Below, piece by piece: positions 11,891 through 23,092 of a stretch of DNA of 64,000 nucleotides. Positions within the stretch are counted from its first letter, which is position 1; every line of letters starts with the position of its first letter. Source of the stretch: Vicugna vicugna (Eukaryota). A model generated the notes under the pieces. The model saw only the letters and a program-made list of their open reading frames with translations. It was not told the origin of the DNA and did no database searches. The position numbers were made by a program, and so were the translations under genes. The stretch is from the NCBI GenBank assembly GCA_013265495.1, contig MU061814.1:4260759-4324758 (forward strand). The letters are read 5' to 3'.

Positions 11891-13009
11891 AAAGAATTAA
11901 GCTTTTAACTCAAAAGTTAGGAAAAATCAGGCCTAGGATGCTCTGTGTTCTCACTCTTTATCAAACACGTGAAGCGCTATTTCTTGAATCCTCAATGGCA
12001 GTTTGACGTAGGGACCCATCACCGCCACTTTTACGGACGGGGGGCTCAGAGTGGACCAGTCAGAGGCCGGGACCCCTCAGCCTGGGCGCGAGGGAGCAGG
12101 GGGCCCAGCAGGCCATGTGCCCCAGGCCGGGCACCCCCTCCACCTTGCTCCATGCTGCCCCCCCAAGCAGGACGCCCAGCAAAACCCAGAGGATGTGGAG
12201 GAAGGAGTGACTGAAAAAGAAAGGAAACAACAAAACAGAAAAGCAAAAGCTGAGGTGACCAACGCAATCACGATTTGGGGAGGTGTCCGTGCTCCAGCCC
12301 TCCCTCCCCCTTCCCCACTCCGCCCTCCCCAGGCTGCAGCTCGCCCCCCGCCCCTAACCCCTCCCCGTCCCTACACCACGCGCTGCTGTGCGGGCGCCAG
12401 GGGCTCTCCTTGGTCTGCACCTGCTCGGAGCCCGTGTCCTCCCGGCCTCAGTTGCCAGCGCTGTCCTCAGGGAAAGAAGCTCCCCCCCCAGCCCTGGAAG
12501 AAAGCGTGAAAAGAAATAACAAAATAGGAACGCAGAAGACAGAATGACTCAATAAAACCTCAATACGGTTGCTTTTAAAAACAAAATTAAAAAGATACAA
12601 GCCTTGGGAACCAAAAGCAGGGCATACTGAAATAAAATCTCAGTTTAGAATTCAGGATTTGGGCCACGTGAGGCGGGCAGGGGGCTCTTGGCCACCTATC
12701 TTGCCGGGGATTGGGCCCGGGGTGGGGCTGAGGGGTCCCCCACGAAGGGCCAGGTCCACAGAGCACGAAGCCAGACGACGGTGGCTCAGGTGTGGTGGGT
12801 ACTTGCAGACACCGACCTCACTCACTCAGTGTCAGCTTGACGCAGGGGAGAGTTGCGCTCCGGCAGGCCTGAGGGCGGGGCCCCCCCGGGGCAAACCTGC
12901 TTCCAGCTGGAGAAACTCCCCAGCGAGCCTCCCCCAGCCCACCTGGGATGTCGGGAAGAACTGGATTCCACCTGCTGGGCTCTCTGGGCAAGTCCCTCAT
13001 CCCCCCAAA

Positions 13010-13110
13010 GTCCCCTCCTGAAGCCTCAGTCTTCTCATCTGTCAAGTGGTGCAATATCTGTAAAATGGGAACAGTAATAATACAATCATTATTCTATTAT
13101 TATAACAGAT
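13010..13110 (+). mobile_element. MIR SINE fragment
   Basis: GCCTCAGTCTTCTCATCTGTC...ATCTGTAAAATGGGAACAGTAATAATAC; the core motif appears partly duplicated. Confidence 0.75.
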
Positions 13111-13224
13111 GTTATTATATAACATGGGAATAAATAATACACTTCAGGTGGGGACGGCTCATGGTACACGGTGCACCAGCATTGACTAATGTCGCTATGT
13201 GACCTCATGTCCCTGCCACGGCAC

Positions 13225-13340
13225 CCTTCGGTGGGCTGGCGCCATCACATGTGCTGATGAGAAGATGAGGTCCAGGGATGGGGGGACCCTGCACCGACAG
13301 AGTTTGTGGCCAGCCCTCAGCTGGACTTGTTGTCCAAAGC
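13225..13340 (-). mobile_element. MIR SINE fragment
   Basis: CCATCACATGTGCTGATGAGAAGATGAGGTCCAGGGA resembles the reverse MIR core. Confidence 0.5.
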
Positions 13341-14989
13341 TCTTGCAGGTAAAAACACGGGCAGGAACATGCCTTTCTGGTGGCCCAGAACTGAGAGTAA
13401 TAAAGTCACATGATTTGGCGTTCTATCAGCTGGAAACCCTTATCAACTGGTGATCACACCATACAGAGATAATTGATGTTCATAAGGAACTTAATTGGAA
13501 TTAAGTTTAAAATAGCTTCAGTGTTAAGTGCATTTTATTCTAATTCTTTGGAAACTGGTCATCTGTGTACAGTGGAGGAGGTGACGAGAAAACATGCTTC
13601 ATGACAGCACTCAGGCCAGACCCTCCCCGACACCCGAGCTCCCTGAGAGAGAGCAGGGGAGGGGGCCCGACATCTCCCTCACTGGCCTCCCCGCCGGCGT
13701 GGGGCCGAGCACAGAGGGCTCCGTGAATGCCTGCCGAGAGAACAAAGGAGTGTCGCGATGCTGTTGGGAACCCAGCTCGGGAGACAGAGGCCGCACCCCG
13801 GAACGGTGTGCTGGGACCCTGCTATCCAGGCAGCAGCTGGCAGGCAATCTCCGTGGTCACGGCCGAGAGCAGCACCCTGGGCTCACGGGGGGCTGACAGG
13901 CTCTGTGTGGAAGCGGCGTTTTCCGTCCATCAAGGCACCAGCAGCACATGCGTGGGCTCACGCTCGGGGCAGAGACCACAGGCTTAGTTCTCGTAAACAA
14001 AGCCAGCTGCTGGGGACGGCCCGTGGATCAGGTCACAGACCCAGAGCAGCGAGCAAGGGAAACGCGAGGCTGGACCTAAAGTTCAACCCAACTTCGCATC
14101 GTCCTGGGATGCGGACGTCCCGGGCTCCCCCAGAGGTGGAGGCACACGCACCTGTCCTGCAGGAGGTCACCGTCTGGTGACGAGGACAGACGGCGCTCCT
14201 CTTCTGCTGAGGCGCTTCATCCACGCCCGGCGTGGACCATCCGTGGCCCTGGACCCGGGGGCAGTGCAGTCCGGACCTCGGGGGCCCCCGCCTGGTGGGG
14301 AGGCCAACATTCACTAGCCGTGGCAGCAGGGGGACGCCCGAAGGGTGACATGAGAACTCGTCATGGGGGCTTGACCTACGTGTAGCTGCTGGGGACACAG
14401 ACGCTGCAAAGTGATAGCCAAGCAGGAGGGAGACTGGGCGGTGGGGGGAGAGCGTCTCAGAAGGAGGGGAGCTGTCGTCTCAGAGGGAGGTGCCCTCTGA
14501 AGGATGGCGTGCGTGTCTGGAAAGCGGGGAGCCGGGGCTAGCAGGGGACGAGTCCGCACCCCGGGCTTCCTGGCCTGTTAGAGTGGCAGGTCCCCGTCCT
14601 CAGGGCAGGGGGGCGTCTGCACCTCTGACCCTGTGGCCTCTCGGGGCACTGCCGCCCCGTCTCTTTCCTGCACACCTTCCTTCAAATTAAAGCCAGCCTG
14701 GCCGTCTCCGCCTCCCCCCTCACTCCGCTTCCCCTCTTTACTTGCACTCTGCCTCCTTCCACGAGGACGTGCGCCCCCAGAGGGCACGGGCTTTGGGGGG
14801 AGGGGAGGCGGATTTTCCCCCCGGTTTCATCTTCAGTGCCGCTGGGGGCGGTGGCCTCTGGGGGCTCCGAGTTTTCGCTCTTGTATCTCAAAGGCGAGGT
14901 CAGCAGCAGGAAATCCAGAAGGTCTGACAGTCGCCGGAGCAGAGGGGGGAGGCCGCTCCAAGCAGGAGACTCAGACACACTGCTCGGGG

Positions 14990-15105
14990 CGGGGGTGGCC
15001 GGCAGCTCGGGGGCAGAGAGCGCACTTAGCACGCACGAGGTCCTGGGTTCAGTCCCCAGCACCTCCATTTTAAAAAGCAAAACATTAAAAAATTTAAAAA
15101 AAAGA
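14990..15105 (+). mobile_element. tRNA-Ala-derived SINE of camelid type (vic-1-like)
   Basis: GCACTTAGCACGCACGAGGTCCTGGGTTCAGTCCCCAGCACCTCCA (tRNA-Ala(AGC)-like 3' half with B box), a degenerate A box, and an A-rich tail to about 15105. Confidence 0.9.
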
Positions 15106-15199
15106 ACCACCACTGGGCTGTGGGAGGGCGCAGGGAGGAGTCCTGAATTAATGATGATGCAGGTCGGCGTGTGGATTCCTCAAGCAGTTCTGGGGAGCT

Positions 15200-15660
15200 T
15201 GGGTGCGCGTGTGGGGAATGCGGACTGTTGCGCTGACCCCGGGACGTTCCCCAGGGAAACAGGGCGGCGCAAGGAGCCAGGGCGGGGAGGCCGTGCCAAG
15301 GAGGAAGAGACCGCGCGGGTGCGGGCAGAGGGGGGAGATGAGAGGCTTTCGTCCTGGGGCAGCGAGGAAGACGAGGACGAGAGGGCCGTCAGCAGGACAG
15401 CGTCAGCATCGCCTGGCGAACAGGAGCAGGTGCGGGACTCGGCGTCCGGGGGCGGCAGCGGGGCAGGTGGCCCACCTGCCTCGTCTCCAGCCGCGCCGCC
15501 GCAGCCGCGGCCGCTCTGCTTCTGCAGGAGGGCTGCCAGGACTCCGAGCTCCCCGCGGGCGTGCTCGCCCCGGAGACGCGGGCTCGGGCGTTCAAGACGC
15601 CGGTCGGTTCTCCAGTCTCGACCACAGTCTGCGGCATTCCTGTGGTCGCCCTTATGTCAA
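15200..15660. other. CpG-dense block (CpG-island-like)
   Basis: High CG/GCG/CGC density by eye; not computed. Confidence 0.5.
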
Positions 15661-18600
15661 CGAGAGGGAGACAGGCTTCCCCCAGGTGATGAACAGCTGG
15701 CTTGGATGCCAGAGAGGGGCAAGCGCGTCACACGGGGAATTCACAGCAGTCTCGGGAGTGACGCTGAAGGAGCTTGGAGGGGGCTGCACACCCGCTGCAG
15801 GGTGCATGGCCCTCGTCCGAGTTCTCCTTGCCAGCTGGGCACTTTGACACCCCGTGCCCCCGACCCCATCCCTCTGACTCCTAGGATAATCTGACAAAAC
15901 AGGCACATGTCTTCCAATTCTGTAACGTTTTCCCAGGCTCGACCTCCGGGAATGCACGTCAGCCCTCTCTTCCATTCTAAGAATCAACTCCATGAAGTAA
16001 GGGAAGCTGGGAAGAAAGCTGGAATTGAAAAATGCACTGGGCGGGGGAGTCTGTCCAAGCCCTTACAATGTGTCTGTCCGTGACGTGCACCAGGCCTGAA
16101 ACTCAGAGTCCCCAGGGTGTGTTTTTATTCTCTCAAACTGTTTGGAAATATCCTCAAAGGCTGTTGAAACCAGTAGCAATTGCAACTGCTACACATGTTA
16201 TTAGCAGTTAACAGAAACACATTTAGCACGTAGGTAATGCACCCAGTTGATAAATTTGCAAATTGAATTCAGTGAAGTGAATTATGTCCGACTTCAGGGA
16301 TTCAGTCCTGCAGCAAAGCGTTCATGTCGTGAACTGATTGACCGCAAGTTAGTTCTGGGTGAAAAGCTTATCTTCCCACTTAGCCACAGACCCTCGCAAC
16401 CACACTGCCCTTCTCCAGGGAGCTGGTCCTCTGCTATCTCCAGACGTGTGTGTGTTCCATTCAGAGCCTCGTTTCATCGTTTTGACTTTACCAGTTGGTG
16501 GGCTGCCCCGTGAACGACTCTGCTAAGCATTATTTGGTCAAGGAGTCAGTTCCTCCTCCTTTCCCACTGAGACGTGAAATGAGCGCTCTGCCCCCCGCCC
16601 CAGAACCACAGTGCGGTCCACCGTCAGATGCTGTTGGCATCCTCGACTGTGCAAACGTGGGTCCCTGTTTGGCCATTGACAGCTGTTTTTTCCGCCAGAG
16701 TTTGCAGCCCGTCTGCCCTCTGTCCCCACACAGATGTGATTTAGGGCGTCCTAAATCAATCACCGTCCTGGGCTATCAGCTAACAGATGTCCTCTTTAGA
16801 GAGTCGAGTGCAAACAGTTAACCCACAGATCTCTTTGCCTTTCTTTTTTTTAAAGAAGTGCCAGTTGTCTGCAGAGATGCCAAATGACATGAACGTTGTT
16901 TGGGCGTTGGGCTTACGGACAGATCTTCCCTGGACAAAATAAACGTGGGTGGGGGTGCCCAGGCAACGCTCGCTGCGCAGACCCCGGCGCCAGCCCGGGA
17001 CGTCATCGGGCGGTAGACGCACTGCAGAGCCTCCGAAATTAATCATGGCTGTTGGCATTTTAATAAACAGTTGCTTTCGAAAATGCTTTGAAATGAACAT
17101 GATCATGACCACAAAACCTTGCTCAGAGAAGACGGGGGTTATAAAATCTGCCGGTTTTGAAAGCAAAGTGAGAACAAACTTGAAAGTGATTCTTCAGGAG
17201 ACTCCATCAGGGAGGAGCCCGACACGTGACCCGAAGCGCCTGGTCGTGAGGCTGGGCCCAGAGGGACACGCAGAGCCGTGGAAAACGCGCGGGCACCCGA
17301 CTCGGGGCTGCACTGACTCGACACGCGACCTCGAGGGAGTGTCTCACCTCTTCTTCCACAGCGCAGGGACATGGCAGCGCCACCCGGCGCTTCTGCGGAT
17401 GTCTGTGAGACGATGGACGTGAGCATCCTTTGAGCGGATAAAGAGGCCCCCAGCGTAAGCGAGCGTGGGTCCTGCTGAAACGGAGCAGGGCCCTGTGGGG
17501 CCTCCCCAGGACGCACCCTCCTCCGTCCTCTACCTGCCTCTTTTCGGTAGAAAATCTTTGGTCAAAGAGTCGGTTTAGTCGGAGAAGCCAGGAGATACAG
17601 GAAAAAGTCAAGCCAATCAGAGGAATAATAGTTTAGCCATTAAACCGAGTCACAGACCTTTAGTTTCTCCTCAAGAGCTGTAGACAGTCTTCTGAGCCGT
17701 GTCCTTTGAGCTGGTTTGCAGAGACGGAGACCCTACCGGGGGGGGGGCGTGAACCCCGTGATGACCAGACGGGAGCCAAGACAGAAACTGCCACGACCCC
17801 GAGAACTGGCCTCCAGGAAACGGGAGCAAACGCGCCTGGAGCTGAAGGCTAACTGCCTTACAACAGTCAGCGTGACGCCTGATTCCAAGGCACCTGTCAG
17901 AGCTGCCTTGCTGCGCCGCACGGAGCCCCTCCCCCGCCTGCGCACCCCGAAAGTCCCCCTCAGAAGCCCGCGCCCACTGGCTGCCAGCGGTGGGGGGCGC
18001 TGGCCTGGGGGCAGGAGTCCGCCCCCCGCCCCGTCTTGGGATGCCGGCCTCGGGAATGAAGCACCCAACTTTCCCCCGACACGTGCCTCTCTAAGAGTTG
18101 GCTTTCGTTCGAGCTGCGAGAGGCTGGACCTGCATTTCGGTAACACTGTCCCCACTCACGTCCTCCAAACGGGACTTGAAGGCAGCTCCACGGGCAGAAT
18201 AAGGAGAATTCCAGGAAAAGTCAAACCCGCGCTTCTCTGCCTGGTTACCTGGGATAAGACTCTGCTTCGCAGACAAACTCCCGTGGTGATAAATGGAAGG
18301 TCGGAAATGATTCAGAACAACAAAATGATCCAATGTTTTGCCATCCGTGAGCCTCCTCTGGCTGGGACGCTGCGAAGGGAGGGACCAGGGGCCCCTCCGC
18401 CTAGCAGGACTCCACGGCCACCTTCCGTCCCCGAGGCCGCTGCGCTCCAGTAACTGCCCCCTCCCCCTCTGCAGGTCCCGTACTGTTCCTTGAGGACACA
18501 GCTCCCCACAGACAGGAGAAGGGAAAACACTCACCCAGAGGGAAACACAATCCCTGGGTGACTCACCCCCAGGTCCGAACAAGAAGATGCCGCCTGGAAG

Positions 18601-21479
18601 CACGGGGTCCGGGAGCCCGGCCCGCTCCGGGGGAGGGAGTCAGCCGGGGCCACTCAGCCCGGGCCCTCCGCAGCCACACAGGCTGGAGGTCAGGCCTCCA
18701 CCCTGCGCAGCTGGAGTTCAGCAGCAGTAGGCCTGGGAGGAGGCCCCCCGCAGACCCTTCGCGTGGCTTAGTGACGCGCGAGAGATGCTCTGAACTGGCC
18801 GCTGCGCCCGGCTGGCCGAGGGTGCCTCGGTCTGCTCCGTGGGAGCCTCCCCGCCTGGCTCTGCGGCCCAGCGCACACCATCATCCCTGGGTCGGGGCAG
18901 GTTTGGCCTCCGTGGCGTTGGTTCATCACAGACCGTGGACTGGTAGGAACTTCCCAGGCCTTGCTTGAGGCCCCCGGGCCTCTGTGTGACATCTTTGGGG
19001 TGCTCTGGAACCAGGCCGGGGGAAGTCAGACGGGAGTGGGGGCAGCTGCCCCACCCGTGAGAGCACGACCCGGCTATAAGGAGCGAACGGCTGACTAACC
19101 CAGGGGAGGTGCCAGCTAACTGCACCGACGCTTTAGCGCCCGTTTGCCACCCGCCCGTCGACCTTCTGTCCCACAGAGAAACGAACAAGGTTGCCTAAAG
19201 AGAAAAGAAACCAGAACCATTAATTAGCTTACGTGTAAGTTTCAGACCCTGATGTTCATCAGGTTGAATTCGGAAGCTGAGAGGCCAAGGAGAAACCAAT
19301 CTCCACTATTTCTCGGAGGCCGAATGTCGGTGTTTACAGAAGCCTGAGCAGAACCCGGGGTCTGAGATCTGGGAGCGGGTGGGCTGAGGACAGGTCGGCC
19401 GTGTGCTGATCACTGTTGAGTCTGGGGGATGGGGTGGGGGTCGTGGTACCATTCTCTCTCCTTTCATGTTAGAAATGTTTAGTGAGTAATGCCTTTTCTT
19501 TAACTTCTATACAGGTACCACACTCTTAGCTTTTGATATTTCTAAATGTTAAGCATTGAAAAACAATTTAGAACCATCCTGGGTTGTCGCTGAGACCAAC
19601 CTCTCCTCCCTCGCTGCCAGAACGAGGGTTCAGGAGAGACGCTCCATCTTGTCTTCCAAGGGGCTCCTGGGACATCCGGTCTCTCCCCTGCCCCCGTCCC
19701 CGTAGGCCTAGAATCCCAGAGCCCCATGACTTGAGCAGCGTATGCCTGCTTTTTTAAGAACAGACACGACTGTCCTGAACCCGCCAGCCTCAGGTCGTGT
19801 GCGGCCAAGTCAGGTGCAGGGTTGGGCACAGGACCTGGAGCCTGAGGGCCGGGGGGACTCGACCACTGAGGGACGCAGGACAGTTGCCTCCTTCCAGGCA
19901 GACCAAGGACCCTGCCTGTGGCCTGGGCTGCCTGGAGCCAGGAGGATCTCGGGGACTGCGTTCCAGGTGTGAACAGGACCACTGCAGCCACCCAGAGTCC
20001 CCCGGGGGGCCAGGCGGAGGAGCTGAGCACAATGTGAGCAAAACTACGTGAAACCTCATCAACTTGTAAAGGAGGAGGACGTCGCCTTGTCCTGGACGTG
20101 GCGGCCCAGCTGTGCCCTCCGGAGCACAGCACTGGCTGCCGGCTGCAGCAGCTCCACGTGTGCTGGAGGGTCTCAACACGGGGACACGGGGACACGGGTG
20201 ATCGGCAGCCTGCCATCGTGAATGGCATCTTTTCTTGTCTTCTAGTCGCTTAATGTCAGTTCTTGGGGCTCTCCCCTCCCTCCCTCCCTCCCTTTCTTCT
20301 CTCACACTTAACTTGGTTTGGAAGTTTTAAACGTGGTGACTGCCCTGTAGGGACTTCTCTGGGCTCCGCTGAGTAAGGCTGACACACGCACCTAGACCCC
20401 GGCGTGCGCGCGTTGCGGGGCGGGTCGGCGAGCTCACTGACCCCTGCGGACACCTGCAGCCTGCAGAGGCAGTAATCCTCAAAGGGAAAATGGCTGTCTA
20501 CTCCCTTCTCTCCCAAACCGTCCCTGCCAAGGACATGAAAAGTCAGGCACGGGTCATCGCATCACTGGCATGACACAGCACCCCACGTGCGGACCGCTGC
20601 TCTCCAGAGAGAGGCCACGGGCGGCAGGACGGCCCTGGGTCAGCCACGTGCTGGGCCCCGAGCACGGCGGCTTCCGTCCAAGATCCTCGCCTTCCTGGGC
20701 CCCTCGGTTCACTGCCCACCTTGTGAAAGAGCCAAGGGCTGCTTCCTTACGTTGGACATTCCTACCCAGTGATAGAGCCCCCCACACAGTGAGCAGTGTG
20801 GGTGCCCACGCAAGCCTGTTATTAACGCAGCCGTGCACAGCCCTCACAGGCGGGCTCCGGCGCTGCCTGGGTGAGAAGGAATTTCAGAGGCGGCTTTCTC
20901 TCACTGGCTTCTTTGAATTCACCTGTTAAAAAAAAAGTCAGAATCTGATTCCAAGCTTGTTCTGGGGGGTGGCAAACTAATGAACTGCCCTCATGTTGCC
21001 AAAGACTTAGCTCCGAGCGCGGGCTGGCAGGCGGATGGGCCTTCACGGGCCGCCTGGCCCTGGGCTCACGGCAGCTCCGCCTTTGACGGTGGCGGCGGAG
21101 GGCGTGGCACAGGTCTGATGAGGGCTCGCTGCGCGCAGCTGAAGTAGAGGCCGAGATGAAGGGCGCTCTCCCCCCACCGGCTCTCCTCTTTCCTCCATCA
21201 AAAGAACCAGGAAGGCAGAATTCAAGCGAAACACCAAGCTGCGCATAATTCTCAGATGCAAGCCTTTAATGCCCGTAATAAGTACGGCGGCCATCAGACC
21301 GGTGCTTCTTACAAAGGGTTCAGATGCTCGTCTCGCCTTTGAAAGGATCTGCTCCTTGAAATCGGACTTGGGGCGGTGGGGGGACTCAATCAGCATGAAC
21401 ATCTCCGAGGTCCTCTCACCGCTGAGATAGCTGTCAACTCCTCAGAACAAACCAAGCCATTTACAGGGCACCGACGTGG

Positions 21480-21890
21480 GGTCCACGCAGAGTCGGCGTG
21501 AGTAAGTCCCTTGTGCGCCCTTCAGAGTGGAGTGACGAGGAATGAGAAGCCGTTTTGTGAAATGGGAAGAAGGCAACTTGGCTTCCCGTGACACCTTCCC
21601 CGCCCAGAGGAGGAGCCCAACAGGGGAACACTTACCGGAATGAAGAGCCTGCGCTTGGTAAGCGAGGCGGCGGTGGCGCAGCAGCGGGCTGGGAACGAGA
21701 GCGAGCTATCGCTGACCCTGGCGTGCGTCCGAGCGACTGGAGCTGCGTCTGGGCGCCTGGGCCCGGCTCCAGGTGGGTGGCTCCGATGTTGCAAGCGGCC
21801 AAAATCAGGCCCTTCCGGAGCTAACTCGCGCGGCGATAACACCGCTGCCGGACGCTGCCTGGGGACAGGCGACCGAGCTGCAACTTGCTC
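21480..21890. promoter_or_regulatory. CpG-rich promoter/first-exon-like element with donors on both strands
   Basis: Dense CpG. Minus-strand donor CCG|GTAAGT (exon end 21636) and plus-strand donor TTG|GTAAGC (exon end 21657). Confidence 0.45.
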
Positions 21891-21936
21891 TCATTTGCTG
21901 AGGGGTCTTTGTCCCTCTCCTTTTCTTATTTTTCAG

Positions 21937-21955
21937 ATGGATAATTCAAGCAAAA
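21937..21955 (+). other. Candidate 19-nt microexon
   Basis: CTCTCCTTTTCTTATTTTTCAG|ATGGATAATTCAAGCAAAA|GTAAGA: long pyrimidine tract, CAG, and a good donor. Confidence 0.4.
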
Positions 21956-22384
21956 GTAAGACAACGTGAATATGTTCTTTTCATTTTCAGTCACTGACAA
22001 GTTTACCACCATGATCCTGCGTTCCCTTTTGGTCCTCACTCTCTGGATAAACCATTGTACACAGTCACACTCCTGGGTCAGACTGCACCTCGTCACCCAC
22101 CCCACCTCGCCGTAATCTGGGGGGCAAGGCTTTGGGGAAACATGTGTTATGAGCTGGTCTTCTGACCACAGCGTTGTTAGTCATGCACCTGCTGCCTCGG
22201 ACTAGGTTCTTGGGAGCTAAATTTATTGCCTAAGTTTGTTTGTATTTCTGTGTTTATTTTTATATTTTGTCAAATTATTTTCACAAGGAACTATGAAATT
22301 ACAGTGCTTCCAACTTACAGTACCGTGGGCAGTTTACGACAGTAGCACACGATAGCCCCAGTAATATTAAAGATGACAGTTCTT

Positions 22385-23092
22385 TATTTAGTTATTTTTG
22401 TTTTTTCTCTTTCTTTTTTAACTGAAGTACAGCTGACTTACAATGTTGTGTCAGTTTCTTACACACAGCATAGTGATGAAATTATACATGTGTATATGTA
22501 CTCTTTTTCATTATAGGTCATTACAAGGTATTGAATACAGTTCCCTGTGCTGTGCAGTAGGACCTTGTTGTTTATCTATTTTATATATAATAGTTTGTAT
22601 TTGTTAATCCAAAACTCCTAATTTATCCCTCCTTCCACCCTTTCCCCTTTGGAAACCATAAGTTTGCTTTCTATATCTGGGAGTCTGTTTCTGTTTTATG
22701 AATAAATTCATTTATGTCATTTTTTTAGATTCCACATGTAAGTGATATATGGTGTTTGTCTTTGTCTGACTTACTGCACTTAGTATGACAATCTCCAGGT
22801 CCATCCATGTTGCTGCAAATGGCTTTATTTCATTCTTTTTTAGGGCTGAGTAGTATTCCATTGTATATACATACCACAGCTTCTTTACCAGTCATCTGTC
22901 CATGGACATTTATGTTGTTTCCATGTCTTGGCTGCTGTGAATAGTACTGCTCTGATGGTGGGAATGTAATTCGGTGCAGCCACTATGGAAAACAGTATGA
23001 AGATTCCTTAAAAAACTAAAAATAGAGCTACCGTGTGGTCCAAGTATCCCGCTCTGGGCATGTCTCTGGAGAAAATTCTAATTCATAAAGAT
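22385..23092 (-). mobile_element. 5'-inverted (twin-primed) truncated L1 of cetartiodactyl/camelid type, with TSD
   Basis: Minus-strand L1 3' end at 22385-22955 (T-rich tail, TTCCCTGTGCTGTGCAGTAGGACCTTGTTG), then a plus-orientation upstream L1 piece at 22956-23092. TSD 22368-22384 and 23086-23102 (14/17 identical). Confidence 0.92.

Noticed and set aside
14998-15067. tRNA-Ala gene
   Set aside because: Degenerate A box and D arm, an A-rich tail instead of a Pol III terminator, and a sister copy with a TSD show it is a SINE.
14836-15894. 352-aa plus ORF
   Set aside because: It starts at a non-ATG codon, runs through a SINE and its A tail, and lies in GC-rich DNA where stops are rare.
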